A stretch of DNA of 64,000 nucleotides from Vulcanimicrobiaceae bacterium (GCA_035505475.1 DATJQT010000246.1:1632-65631), one strand, 5' to 3'; shown: positions 53,373 through 63,369, counted from the stretch's first letter. Translations and numbers: made by a program. The notes: a model not told the origin generated them from the letters alone.

Positions 53373-55097
53373 TCACCTACCTCGCTTCCGCTCGAGCCAG
53401 CTCTTGAGATCCCTGAGGGGTCTAGTATTGAGGACATCGGGCGCCCCGACCCAGGCGCGCCGGGCTACCGCCACGCCATACCGCATGTAGGGCAACTCCG
53501 TGGCCACGTGGGCGTCGGTACTGATGGTGAGCGGAATCCCGAGGTCTTTCGCCCGCCGGGCAGAAACATCGGGAAGATCCAGGCGCGCCGGCGAGGCGTT
53601 GATCTCCATCGCGGCGCCCGATTCCCGCGCTGCCTGGAAGACTGTTTCCAGGTCTACATCGTACGGCGCCCGCTGTCCGATCACCCGGCCGGTGGGATGC
53701 CCCAGGATATGCACCAACGGATGCCGGACACCGCGGACAATCCGAGCAGTCATTTCATCCCGGCTCATCTTGAACCCGGAATGAATCGACACCTGCACAA
53801 GATCCAGCTGGCGCAGCAGCTCATCCTCGTAATCCAGGCTGCCGTCGGCCCGGATGTCCACCTCACATCCGACAAAGATATGAAAATCGGTCAGGCGCTG
53901 CTGCAACTGGCGCACCTCGGCAACCATGGCCATGAACTTGACCGGACCCATCCCGCCGGCAATTGCGGTGGATTGCGAATGATCGGTCACAGCCATGTAC
54001 CGGTATCCCTGAGCCCGAACAGCATCGGCCAAGTCCGCGACGCTCAACGCGCCGTCGCTCCAGGTGCTGTGCAGCTGCAGATCGCCCTGGATATTCTCCG
54101 TCGCGATGAGCTGAGGCAGACACCCTGCTGCGGCGGCCTCGATCTCCCCCGCGTCCTCCCGCAATTCGGGCGGAATCCAGGGCAGGCCGACGGCGCCATA
54201 GACTTCTTCCTCCGTGGCCCCGCCCAGGCGCGTGCCGTCTTCCTGAAATACGCCATACTCGTTGATCTTGAGATTGCGGCGCTGCGCGATCTCCCGTAGT
54301 CGGATGTTGTGTTGCTTGGCCCCAGTGAAATACTGGAGCGCCGCGCCGAAGCTCTCCGGCTGCACGACCCGGAGGTCTACCTGGAGGTTGCGGCGCAGAC
54401 GGACGCTCGATTTCGTCTCACCGCGGACCAGCACGTCTACGACCACGGGCAACCCGATGAATGCTTCCATGATGCGCGCCGGCTCGCGTGAGGTGACGAG
54501 GATATCCACATCCTTGACCGTCTCCTTCATGCGGCGGACGCTGCCGGCGAGGGCAATCTCATCCACGGGCGCACGGTCCCGAAGCTGCTGGACAATCGCC
54601 TCCGCGAGGCCAAGGGCCGTGCCGATCGGCGTACGCTCTCTTCCGCTCCGCCAGACGGCGATACCGCGCAAGATATTCTCTTCCGTCTTGGCTTGAATGC
54701 CCGGAATGCCCGCAAGTTTGTGGTCTCTGGCCAACTCCTCCAGCTTCTCCACCGAATCCACGCCCGCGCGCTCGTACAGCAGCTTGGCCGTTTTCGGCCC
54801 GACCCCGTGCACGCCGATCAATTCGATGACGCCGGCGGGAATTTCTCTGCGCAGGTCCTCCAGGTACTCGATCGAGCGCCGCGCAAGATACTCGGTAATC
54901 TTGGCTGCGAGATCCTTCCCGATGCCGGGGATCGCCAGCAATTCCCCGCGAGCCGCCACCGCCGTGAGATCTTCGGCCAAGCCCTCCAATGCCTGCGCCG
55001 CGCGTCGATACGCCCGAACCCGAAAGGCGTTCTCGCCTTTCAGCTCCAAGAAGTCGCCGATCTCGTTAAAGAGCATTGCGATTTCCGCGTTGACCAT
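53373..55097 (-). CDS. polX: DNA polymerase/3'-5' exonuclease PolX (family X polymerase plus PHP domain)
   Basis: NAEIAMLFNEIGDFLELKGENAFRVRAYRRAA, HhH motifs (IPGIGKDLAAKI, VHGVGPKTAKLL), LAGSVRR..ETVKDVDILV, PHP domain (LQLHSTWSDG, ISTDAH). Start is either ATG 55097 or GTG 55115. Confidence 0.88.
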   Translation of the reverse strand: MVNAEIAMLFNEIGDFLELKGENAFRVRAYRRAAQALEGLAEDLTAVAARGELLAIPGIGKDLAAKITEYLARRSIEYLEDLRREIPAGVIELIGVHGVGPKTAKLLYERAGVDSVEKLEELARDHKLAGIPGIQAKTEENILRGIAVWRSGRERTPIGTALGLAEAIVQQLRDRAPVDEIALAGSVRRMKETVKDVDILVTSREPARIMEAFIGLPVVVDVLVRGETKSSVRLRRNLQVDLRVVQPESFGAALQYFTGAKQHNIRLREIAQRRNLKINEYGVFQEDGTRLGGATEEEVYGAVGLPWIPPELREDAGEIEAAAAGCLPQLIATENIQGDLQLHSTWSDGALSVADLADAVRAQGYRYMAVTDHSQSTAIAGGMGPVKFMAMVAEVRQLQQRLTDFHIFVGCEVDIRADGSLDYEDELLRQLDLVQVSIHSGFKMSRDEMTARIVRGVRHPLVHILGHPTGRVIGQRAPYDVDLETVFQAARESGAAMEINASPARLDLPDVSARRAKDLGIPLTISTDAHVATELPYMRYGVAVARRAWVGAPDVLNTRPLRDLKSWLERKRGR

Positions 55098-55151
55098 GCG
55101 CCGCGACCCTTTCACACACTCATTCCAAGGACGCCAGTGCGGCAGGCAGTT

Positions 55152-56048
55152 CTACCCGTCGAGTCGAAGTCCCGCCTCGCGCGCAATCGCCACGGCCTCG
55201 GCGAATTCGGCGGCTGTCGGCCGTCTGGACAACTCTGAATATTCCGACGCCCGATAACACGGCCGATACTGCGCCATCGCGTTCATGTAGGTGTGCGGCG
55301 ACAGCTCGGCGAGAAAAGCGACGGCCTTGGGCGTGCCGGCCAATCCATGCGGCAGGACGAGGTGGCGGACTAAGAGACCCTGGCGGGCGACACCCCGTGA
55401 ATTCACCTCAAGATCGCCGACCTGTCGGTGCATCTCGCGAATCGCCAGATGAGCGGCGGCGAAATAGTTCTCGACGCCGGAATACCGGAATCCGGCTGCA
55501 TCGTCCGCAAACTTCAGATCCGGCATGTAGATATCCACGATACCGTCGAGAATGCGCAGCGCCTCGACCGATTCGTACCCTCCGCAGTTGTACACGATCG
55601 GCAGATGCAGGCCATGCTCCTGTGCCATGGCCAGTGCGTGCAGGATCTGGGGCATTTGATGCGTCGGGGTGACAACATTGATATTCTCGCAGCCGCGCTC
55701 CTGCAGATCGAGCATGATGGATGCCAGTTGCCGTGCGGAGACCCTGAGCCCGTCTCCGAGCTGGCTGATGTCGGCATTCTGGCAAAACACGCACGAAAGA
55801 TTGCATCGAGCGAAGAAGATCGTCCCCGATCCGCCGGCACCAACGAGCGGACGTTCCTCTCCAAAATGTGGGCCATAGCTCGCCACTTGAGCCTCGGCGC
55901 CCACGCCGCATGCACCCACCTCACCGTCGGTGCGCCGCGCACCACATCGCCTTGGGCACAGGCGGCACGCTGAGATCAGCTCGTCGGCGGCCGCAATCCG
56001 ATCGCGCAAATCTGTCGGGCTCATGCCCAAATAGCGGGGCCAATGCAT
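55152..56048 (-). CDS. radical SAM protein, PflX-like (COG1313-type)
   Basis: CRLCPRRCGARRTDGEVGACG, then FFARCNLSCVFCQNADIS (CxxxCxxC). 298 aa. The 194-aa track N-terminal extension overlaps mutM in another frame and was rejected. Confidence 0.8.
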   Translation of the reverse strand: MHWPRYLGMSPTDLRDRIAAADELISACRLCPRRCGARRTDGEVGACGVGAEAQVASYGPHFGEERPLVGAGGSGTIFFARCNLSCVFCQNADISQLGDGLRVSARQLASIMLDLQERGCENINVVTPTHQMPQILHALAMAQEHGLHLPIVYNCGGYESVEALRILDGIVDIYMPDLKFADDAAGFRYSGVENYFAAAHLAIREMHRQVGDLEVNSRGVARQGLLVRHLVLPHGLAGTPKAVAFLAELSPHTYMNAMAQYRPCYRASEYSELSRRPTAAEFAEAVAIAREAGLRLDG

Positions 56049-56097
56049 AGGTCTTCCCACTATAGGACCGTGATCACCGAGGGCCCTCCCATAAATG

Positions 56098-56916
56098 TCA
56101 ATGCTGGCAAACGGGACAGAAGTGGGTCCCGCGTTGACCGAGGACGATCCGACGAATCGGCGTGCTGCACACCGTGCAGGGCTTCCCATGGCGGTGGTAT
56201 ACACGATGCCGGATGACGAACAGCCCAGGCTCACCGTTCGGCCTGCGATAATCGGAAATCGTGCTGCCGCCATGACGGATACCGGCGGCGAGTATCGCCC
56301 TGATCGCCTCCCGGAGTCGTTTGAACTCATCGCGCCGCAAAGAAGAGGCCCGACGGGTTGGCCGGATTCCCGCCCGGAAGAGCGCCTCATCGGCATAGAT
56401 GTTTCCGACCCCCGCCACCTTGTGTTGATCCAAGAGCGCTGATTTGATTTTGACCTGCGAATGGCGAAGGCATTCCGCGAGTCCCTCCGCCGTAAATGCG
56501 CTCTCCAGCGGCTCGATTCCAAGGCGGAGCGTCGCTTCGACCGCGTCGGTCCGCAGCAAAAAGATCTCGCCGAACTTCCGGATGTCACGGTACGAAAGAA
56601 TGCCATCTCCGGCGAACTCGATCCACGCATGCGTGTGGGTATCGGGAATAAAGGCCGCTCGTGTCCACCAGCGCAATTGGCCTGTCATACCGAGATGGAT
56701 GACGAGTGTCAGCTCGCCGAGTTCGAACAGAAGGAACTTGCCTCGCCGCCCGAGCTTCTGAATGTTTCGCCCAACCACACGTTCCGGGATCTGCTGCGGT
56801 TGCCCCTGCCGACGGTTCAAGCGCGGCGCACGGAGTGTGACACGCGCGATGTGCTGCCCCACAACATGAGGCTCGAGCGCGCGGCGAATAACTTCAACTT
56901 CCGGTAGTTCAGGCAT
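56098..56916 (-). CDS. mutM: formamidopyrimidine-DNA glycosylase
   Basis: MPELPEVE, LGMTG, GVGNIYADEALF, and the C-terminal zinc finger CTVCSTPI...GTHFCPVCQ. Confidence 0.93.
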   Translation of the reverse strand: MPELPEVEVIRRALEPHVVGQHIARVTLRAPRLNRRQGQPQQIPERVVGRNIQKLGRRGKFLLFELGELTLVIHLGMTGQLRWWTRAAFIPDTHTHAWIEFAGDGILSYRDIRKFGEIFLLRTDAVEATLRLGIEPLESAFTAEGLAECLRHSQVKIKSALLDQHKVAGVGNIYADEALFRAGIRPTRRASSLRRDEFKRLREAIRAILAAGIRHGGSTISDYRRPNGEPGLFVIRHRVYHRHGKPCTVCSTPIRRIVLGQRGTHFCPVCQH

Positions 56917-56985
56917 TTCTGGCGACCCCTCGCGATGTATTCCAGGCCTCTACAATCTGATATGCGCTCGGCGCTCGGCTCGCCT

Positions 56986-58419
56986 TCACCCCTCCGCCTC
57001 CGGCTCCGCGTGCACGGTCACCCGTTCAATATCGGAAAGCTCCCGTCGGGCACGGCGGCCCAGTTCCAGGCCAAGCTCGTGCGCTTCGCGAACGGTCAGA
57101 TGGGGATCCATGCCGCAATCGCAAAATATCCAGAGCCGGCCTCGGAGCCGCTTGGCGGTGACATTCCGGCAATTCCGGATTCCGGGAATCTGCGACACCA
57201 AGGCCGACAGCGTGCCGGCAAGCTGTTCGAGGTCCGCTCCCGTTTCCAAGCCATCGCGGCGAACCCCGCGGATCGGGTCAATGTGAATGTGGATCGCCCC
57301 GAGCGCCGGGAAATCGCGCCGCAGATCCGCCTCGATCCGCTCCGTGAGGGCATGCGCCTCGGTGAGAGGCGTCCCGCCGGGCAGTTCCAGGTGGAGATCG
57401 ACGTTTCGTTTCCCGCCCGTGTCATAGATCAGCGTATCGTGTGCTCCGGCCGCATAGCGGGACACGATCAGCCGAACCGCCGCGCCCATGCTCTCGTTAG
57501 CCGACCGGAACGGTTCCGCATGAATGACGGTGCTCGCATCCGGCGCGACCTCTCGGATACGCTGTTCAATCTCGCTCACCACATCGTGAGCGCTCTCCAG
57601 CGACGTTCCCCGCCCGAGCGACACGGCGGCATCAACGAAGAGGTTGGGGCCCGCCGTGCGGACGCGCAACCAGTTGGGCCCGCGGGCGTCTGGTACGCTG
57701 GCGATGGCGGCGCGGATGCGCTCGACGACTTCGAGCGGCGCGCGATCGAGCAGAACGTCAACGGCCCGCCGGCCCAGGCGCACGCCGACCACCAGCACGA
57801 TAAGAGCGACGAGAACCGCGGCCAGCGGGTCCGCCAGGTGCAGCCACGCAATGCCCCACGCCTGACCGACCGCCACGGCGGACAGCCCCACTAACACCGT
57901 GCAGGAGCTCCACACGTCGGTTCGGAAGTTGAGCGCGTCGGCCTCCAGGGCCTGGCTGCCGGTCGCGGTCGCGACCCGCGCCAGGGCGCGCGAGCGCGAA
58001 ATATCGACGGCAATGGACGCGATGATCACACCGAACGCGGCCCAGGTGGGCTCAATGGCAGTCGAACGGGAGAACAGTCGATCCACTGCTTCCCAGACGA
58101 TCCAGCCGCAGGTGATCACGAGCAGGCTGGTTTCGACCAGCGCGGAGAGACTTTCGATCTTTCCATGACCGTAATGATGCTCCCGATCGGCCGGACGATC
58201 GGACACGCGAACAGCCAGAAGGGTCAGAACGCTCGCGACCAGATCAAGGGTCGAATGTGCCGCCTCGGAGAGAATGGCCAAGCTCCCAGTTTGCCAGCCC
58301 ACCAACAATTTCCCGAAGACGAGCGCGCAGGCGGCAATGGCCGAGAGTCGGGCCACCCGGACCTTGTCGGTCGTAACATTGGCAGCCGCCGCTCCCGACG
58401 GCGGAACGACAACGGACAT
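56986..58419 (-). CDS. cation diffusion facilitator (CDF) transporter with three tandem cytoplasmic C-terminal domains
   Basis: TM domain with LSEAAHSTLDL and HHYGHGK. Three ZT_dimer-like repeats follow, each ending ...H(A/I)(E/D)P (aa ~225-303, 310-382, 395-473). Confidence 0.85.
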   Translation of the reverse strand: MSVVVPPSGAAAANVTTDKVRVARLSAIAACALVFGKLLVGWQTGSLAILSEAAHSTLDLVASVLTLLAVRVSDRPADREHHYGHGKIESLSALVETSLLVITCGWIVWEAVDRLFSRSTAIEPTWAAFGVIIASIAVDISRSRALARVATATGSQALEADALNFRTDVWSSCTVLVGLSAVAVGQAWGIAWLHLADPLAAVLVALIVLVVGVRLGRRAVDVLLDRAPLEVVERIRAAIASVPDARGPNWLRVRTAGPNLFVDAAVSLGRGTSLESAHDVVSEIEQRIREVAPDASTVIHAEPFRSANESMGAAVRLIVSRYAAGAHDTLIYDTGGKRNVDLHLELPGGTPLTEAHALTERIEADLRRDFPALGAIHIHIDPIRGVRRDGLETGADLEQLAGTLSALVSQIPGIRNCRNVTAKRLRGRLWIFCDCGMDPHLTVREAHELGLELGRRARRELSDIERVTVHAEPEAEG

Positions 58420-58433
58420 CCAACCTCCACGTG

Positions 58434-58961
58434 CTAGGTGGAATCGTTCCGAGAAGCGAAGAGCTCGGGGCGGGCGGTGCGCAACTGATCCAAAGCGTCT
58501 TCCCAGTCGCGGCTGGACGGAAATGCCAATGCAAAGGCGAGCACCGAAGCGGCCGCTAAGGCGTAAAAATCGAAGAGATACCCACCGACGAAGTACAACA
58601 CCAGCCCGAGGACGACGGGGGCTTCGGCCACCGCGAAGACGAGGATCTGGTTCGAGGATAAGAGCGACAAAATTTCCGGAAGATTGCGGCCGCGCGTCTG
58701 CCGAAGGAGCCTCTCGCGGTCGAACAGCTTCCGCCGCATGATGAAGACCGCAACACAGGCGATTGCGCCCAGCCCGTACAGGGGAAACCGCAGCCAGTCC
58801 ACCGCCGCAAAAACGTCGCGGCCCCGTGGGATGCGGGCCACCATCCGGATGACCTGCACCACCACCCAGTACACTAAAATGGAGCCCAGCATCGCCGCAT
58901 ACACGACGCGCAGAGGCGCGAGCACCATGCGAACGCGGCCGCGAATCGCATCGTCCGGCAT
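58434..58961 (-). CDS. hypothetical integral membrane protein (about four hydrophobic spans)
   Basis: 175-aa GC3-rich ORF abutting the HAD gene stop. No recognisable motif. Confidence 0.45.
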   Translation of the reverse strand: MPDDAIRGRVRMVLAPLRVVYAAMLGSILVYWVVVQVIRMVARIPRGRDVFAAVDWLRFPLYGLGAIACVAVFIMRRKLFDRERLLRQTRGRNLPEILSLLSSNQILVFAVAEAPVVLGLVLYFVGGYLFDFYALAAASVLAFALAFPSSRDWEDALDQLRTARPELFASRNDST

Positions 58962-59606
58962 TTACGATCTCCGAGAGAGCAGCGTCTCGAGTTCCACCTG
59001 CCCCAAATCTTCAACCACCAGGTCCGCGGCCGCGAGACGCCATGCCTGGCAGGAATGCGTCACGGCGACGCAGCGCATGCCGGCGGCTTTTGCGGCCCGA
59101 ATTCCGCCCGGCGTGTCCTCGATCACCACACAGCGGTTCGGGGAAAGCCCGAGGCCATCGGCAGCCCGTAAGAACGGCTCGGGATGCGGCTTGCCCTCGG
59201 TGCAGTCCTCGCGGGTCACGATCAGCTCAAAGCGATCGCGAATCTTATGCGTGCCGAGGGCGAGCTCGGCCTCATCCCGCATGGAGCCCGTGGCCAACGC
59301 CACCCGCCAACCGTCCGTGCGGGCGAGCAGGCCCAGGCCATCCGGAAACGCAGGAATCCCCGCCCGCACCAGCTCCAGATACCGGGCGCTCTTTGCGGCA
59401 CATGCCTCGGGTCGGGACCGTTCCCGGGGCAGGAGCATTTCCATCACTTCCCAATCGGAATAGGCAATGTAGCGGCTGAAATAATCGGCCTCGGACATTG
59501 CGATACCGCACGCCGCCAGGATTTCCTGCGTGGCGCGAAAATGCAGCGGCTCCGTGTTCACAAGCACGCCGTCCATATCAAAGATAATCCCGCGCTCCCC
59601 CGTCAC
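58962..59606 (-). CDS. HAD-superfamily hydrolase (beta-phosphoglucomutase/phosphatase-like)
   Basis: IIFDMDGVLVNTE (DxDxV), LATGS, VVIEDTPGGIRAAKAAGM. Confidence 0.8.
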   Translation of the reverse strand: MTGERGIIFDMDGVLVNTEPLHFRATQEILAACGIAMSEADYFSRYIAYSDWEVMEMLLPRERSRPEACAAKSARYLELVRAGIPAFPDGLGLLARTDGWRVALATGSMRDEAELALGTHKIRDRFELIVTREDCTEGKPHPEPFLRAADGLGLSPNRCVVIEDTPGGIRAAKAAGMRCVAVTHSCQAWRLAAADLVVEDLGQVELETLLSRRS

Positions 59607-59669
59607 GAATCGCCCCTGTCCAAGAGAATCTGTACATTCTGCGCGAATCTGCGATTATCGGCCCCCATC

Positions 59670-61031
59670 TTAATCCCTCGGCGGTTCGATGCCGTACGCA
59701 CGCATTTTGCGGTGGAGATTGCTCCGCTCAATGCCGAGGCGGTCGGCGGCGCGGGTGACGTTCCAATGGGCTTCCGCAAGGCGACGCAGGATGAGCTGCT
59801 TTTCGAACGCCTCGCGAGCTTCGCGGAGCGTCCCCTCGATGACCTCGGTCACCTCGGGCGGCGGTGGAAAACGGAGCGAAGGCTCCAGGTCGTCGGCCTC
59901 GATGATGTCTGGCTGGACCATGATGACCATGCGCTCCATGACGTTGCGGAGCTCTCGCACGTTGCCTGGCCAGGCGGCCTGATCGAGGAGCGCCAGCGCG
60001 GCGTGGCTGAGCGTCTTTTCGCGCTTACCGTATTCCTGCGAGAAGAGGCACAGAAAGTGCGTCGCGAGCAGCGGGATGTCTTCCTTGCGCTCGCGGAGCG
60101 GCGGCACTTCGAACGGAATGACGTTGAGCCGGTAGAACAGATCTTCGCGGAAGGTCCCCTTGCCGATCTCTTCCTCGAGATTCTTGTTGGACGCGGCGAT
60201 GACCCGCACATCCACGGTCAGCGTATCCCCGCCGCCCACCCGTTCAAAGGTCTGCTCCTGCAAGACCCGCAGCACTTTCGCCTGCGTCTTCAGGCTCATG
60301 TCCCCGACTTCGTCGAGGAAGATCGTCCCGCCGTCGGCCAGCTCGAACTTGCCCCGCCGCTTGTTCGTGGCGCCGGTGAAGGAGCCCCGCTCGTGCCCGA
60401 ACAGCTCGCTTTCGATCAGCTCGTCCGGAATGGCCGCGCAGTTAACTTCCACGAACGGCCGCTCTGCCCGCAGGCTTTGGGCGTGGATCGCCCGCGCCAC
60501 CAGCTCTTTGCCCGTGCCGCTTTCGCCCCGGATCAGGACGCGCCCGTGGCTCGGCGCCGCCGACTGGATCTGGGTGCGCAAGGCGTGCATTGCCGGACTA
60601 TCGCCCACGATCTCGTAGCGCGCCTGCAGCCGCTGCCGGAGGGCAAGGTTTTCCTGAGCAAGGCGGCGGTGCTCGAGCGCGTTCCGGACGGTCAGGACCG
60701 TCTTCTCCAGACTGAGCGGCTTCTCGATGAAATCATAGGCGCCCAGCTTGGTCGCCCGCACCGCCGTCTCGACGCTGGAGTGGCCGGAGATCATGATGAC
60801 AGGAAGCTCCGGGGCCACCCGGCGCAGCTCTTCGAGCGCCTGCAGGCCGTCCATACCGGGCAGCCACACGTCGAGGATGACGAGATCCGGCGCCCCCACG
60901 CTCGCCTGCCGCAACAGCTCTTCGCCGCTGCCAACGCTCCGAACTTCGTAGCCCTCGTCCCTGAGGATCCCTTCCAGCGAGCTCCGGATGTTCTTTTCGT
61001 CGTCAACGATCAGAATGTCTTCGTGGCTCAT
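59670..61031 (-). CDS. sigma54-dependent response regulator (NtrC/NtrX family)
   Basis: REC (ILIVDDE...DLVILDVWLPGMDG), AAA+ (GESGTGKELVARAIH, ESELFGHERGSFTGA), and a C-terminal Fis-type HTH (NVTRAADRLGIERSNLHRKM). Confidence 0.9.
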   Translation of the reverse strand: MSHEDILIVDDEKNIRSSLEGILRDEGYEVRSVGSGEELLRQASVGAPDLVILDVWLPGMDGLQALEELRRVAPELPVIMISGHSSVETAVRATKLGAYDFIEKPLSLEKTVLTVRNALEHRRLAQENLALRQRLQARYEIVGDSPAMHALRTQIQSAAPSHGRVLIRGESGTGKELVARAIHAQSLRAERPFVEVNCAAIPDELIESELFGHERGSFTGATNKRRGKFELADGGTIFLDEVGDMSLKTQAKVLRVLQEQTFERVGGGDTLTVDVRVIAASNKNLEEEIGKGTFREDLFYRLNVIPFEVPPLRERKEDIPLLATHFLCLFSQEYGKREKTLSHAALALLDQAAWPGNVRELRNVMERMVIMVQPDIIEADDLEPSLRFPPPPEVTEVIEGTLREAREAFEKQLILRRLAEAHWNVTRAADRLGIERSNLHRKMRAYGIEPPRD

Positions 61032-61051
61032 GTGGATTCAGATCCAGCCGG

Positions 61052-63292
61052 CTAGACCGACGCCGGCACCAGCGCAGGGAGCGTGATGACCAGTCGTGCG
61101 CCACGCGGCTGATTGTCCTCGATGCGGATGTCGCCACCGTGTTCCAGAATGATCCGGTGAACGATCGCAAGACCGAGCCCACCCGACGAGCGCTTGGTCG
61201 AATAGTACGGCAAGAACGCCCGATCACGATCGTCCGGCGGAAATCCCGGGCCGTCGTCGGCGACTTCCAGGACCACCTGGGATGCGCCGGGGACGAGATG
61301 TGTGGAGATGACGATCTCCCCCGTGTTCTCTCCCACGGCAGCGATCGCATTTTCGACCAGATTGATCAGCGCGCGTCGCATCATATCGGGATCGAGGTTT
61401 AGGCGCGGTACCGTGGGATCCAAGTCGGTCCGGACGGTAATCCTTGCCTTAACGCCCGCATAAAGCTGCATCACCTGCTGCACGATGTCGCCCAGGTCGG
61501 TCGCCCGGGGCCGGAGGGCCGGCATGCGGGCGTATTGCGAGAATTCGTCCACCATGTGCCGCAGCCCCTCGACTTCCTGGATGATCGTGCGTGTGCACTC
61601 GTCGAACACCTCAGCCGCGTCGGGCGCTCCTTCCGCGAATTTCTTGCGCAGCCGCTGCGTCGAAAGCTGGATCGGCGTGAGCGGGTTCTTGATCTCGTGC
61701 GCGACGCGCTGGGCCATTTCCCGCCAGGCAATGACCTGCTGCGCCCGCAGGACCTCAGAGACATCGTCCATCACGAGGACGAGTCCTCGGCTCTCGCCCT
61801 GCGAGCCGAGCAGCATGCTGACCGTCACCATCAACGCGACCGGACGCCCCTTCAGCGACAGCGTGACCTGCTGGTTCGAGATCTCCTGCCCGGCCTCGGC
61901 AGCGCGTCGCACCAGGCGCTCCAGCGGTTGGAGCGGTCCGGCGAGCACCTCGCCGGATGGGCGGTTGAGAATCGCATCCCGCGGCCGCCCCAGCATCCGC
62001 GCCGCAGCCTGGTTGACGGTGTTCACGCGGCCTTCGGCATCCAGTGACAGGACGCCGGCGGTGATCGTCTCGAGCACCGTCTCCATGTAGTCGCGCCGGC
62101 GGTCCAATTCCACGTTGGACCGCTGTACTTCTTGGTAGGCTTCGGTAAGCGCCGTCTTGCTCTTGGAGAGGTCGCCCGTCATCTTGTTGAACGAATCCAC
62201 TAGCATCCCAATTTCGTCGTCCGCCTTGACCTGCACGTGGAAATTCAGGTCGCCGGCGGCCACCTTGCGCGTGCCTTCCGCCAGTTGCTGGATCGGTCCG
62301 GTGATGCCACGCGCCAGGTGCACCCCGACCCAGATCGCCCCGAAGATGATCACCAGCGTGACCATCAAGAACAGCATGAGGTAGATGCCCTTGGTCGGCC
62401 CTTTCAGTAACCGGAGCTGCTGATATTCTTTGATGCCGGTTTGGATCTCTTCGGCCTTGGTGCCGATGCCGGCCGGCACCCAATCCACCACGGCCACGGC
62501 CCCGAGCACCTCGCGCGTGCCGGGCCGGAACACCGGCGCCATCGCCCGCACGCTGTCTGCGTTCGGCAACAATTGTGTCGCAACCGATGCTTCCCCGTTC
62601 AACCCGCGGCGGAGCAGCCGAGAGGTGGGTACCAGCAGCGCGTCCGCGCTGACCTGCTCCCCCCGCCATTCGTAGACGAGCGCGCGATGACGATTGAACA
62701 CCTGGATCCCGTCGAGACTATGGTCGCGCACCTTTTCTGCCGCTACCTGTTTGACCATCGTCCCGCCGTCGCCCTCCCAGACCGCCCCGAGCCATCCCGC
62801 AATCAGCTTGGCGCGCGACAGCGCGTTCTCCTGGCGGGAACGCGAATAGGTCTGCGCCACCTCCAGCGCGCGCTGCAGCGATTCTTCGATTTGGACATTG
62901 AACCAGCTGTCCACACTGGTCGTAATCAGGTTGCTTGCTACCAAGAACAGGACCCCGGCCGGGAGAAGGGCTAGGCTAACAAAGGCGACGGCCAGCTTGA
63001 CCCGGATCTTCGAGCCGAGGACGTTTTCCCGCCGCTCCAGATAGACCTTGAACAAACTGCGGAAGATGAGGAGCACGAGCAGGAGGAGAAGGACGGTATT
63101 GATGTTGACCAGGGCAAAGATCAGGATGTTGGAGGCGATGGGCGTCGGGAACCGGAGTTTCTGAATGGTAACTTGCAACGCCGTCAGACCGATGACGGAA
63201 CCGAGCACGATCGCAAGAATTAGGCGGGTACGCCGGCTCCGGTTAGGCATCGTCGGTTCCGGTGCCATGGACGACAGCGGCATGTCCATCAC
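61052..63292 (-). CDS. membrane sensor histidine kinase (NtrY-like: TM, HAMP, PAS, HisKA, HATPase)
   Basis: HAMP (ITGPIQQLAEGTRKVAAGDL), PAS (ITAGVLSLDAEGRVNTVNQAAARMLG), H-box (VAHEIKNPLTPI), G-boxes (DDGPGF, GGLGLAIV). Confidence 0.87.
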   Translation of the reverse strand: MMDMPLSSMAPEPTMPNRSRRTRLILAIVLGSVIGLTALQVTIQKLRFPTPIASNILIFALVNINTVLLLLLVLLIFRSLFKVYLERRENVLGSKIRVKLAVAFVSLALLPAGVLFLVASNLITTSVDSWFNVQIEESLQRALEVAQTYSRSRQENALSRAKLIAGWLGAVWEGDGGTMVKQVAAEKVRDHSLDGIQVFNRHRALVYEWRGEQVSADALLVPTSRLLRRGLNGEASVATQLLPNADSVRAMAPVFRPGTREVLGAVAVVDWVPAGIGTKAEEIQTGIKEYQQLRLLKGPTKGIYLMLFLMVTLVIIFGAIWVGVHLARGITGPIQQLAEGTRKVAAGDLNFHVQVKADDEIGMLVDSFNKMTGDLSKSKTALTEAYQEVQRSNVELDRRRDYMETVLETITAGVLSLDAEGRVNTVNQAAARMLGRPRDAILNRPSGEVLAGPLQPLERLVRRAAEAGQEISNQQVTLSLKGRPVALMVTVSMLLGSQGESRGLVLVMDDVSEVLRAQQVIAWREMAQRVAHEIKNPLTPIQLSTQRLRKKFAEGAPDAAEVFDECTRTIIQEVEGLRHMVDEFSQYARMPALRPRATDLGDIVQQVMQLYAGVKARITVRTDLDPTVPRLNLDPDMMRRALINLVENAIAAVGENTGEIVISTHLVPGASQVVLEVADDGPGFPPDDRDRAFLPYYSTKRSSGGLGLAIVHRIILEHGGDIRIEDNQPRGARLVITLPALVPASV

Positions 63293-63369
63293 CCTCTAAA
63301 GGTGCTAAGAACTCATCTAAGTCGCTAAAAATGAAAAGTATAGGTGTGGGAAAGGGTGAAGGCAAGAGA

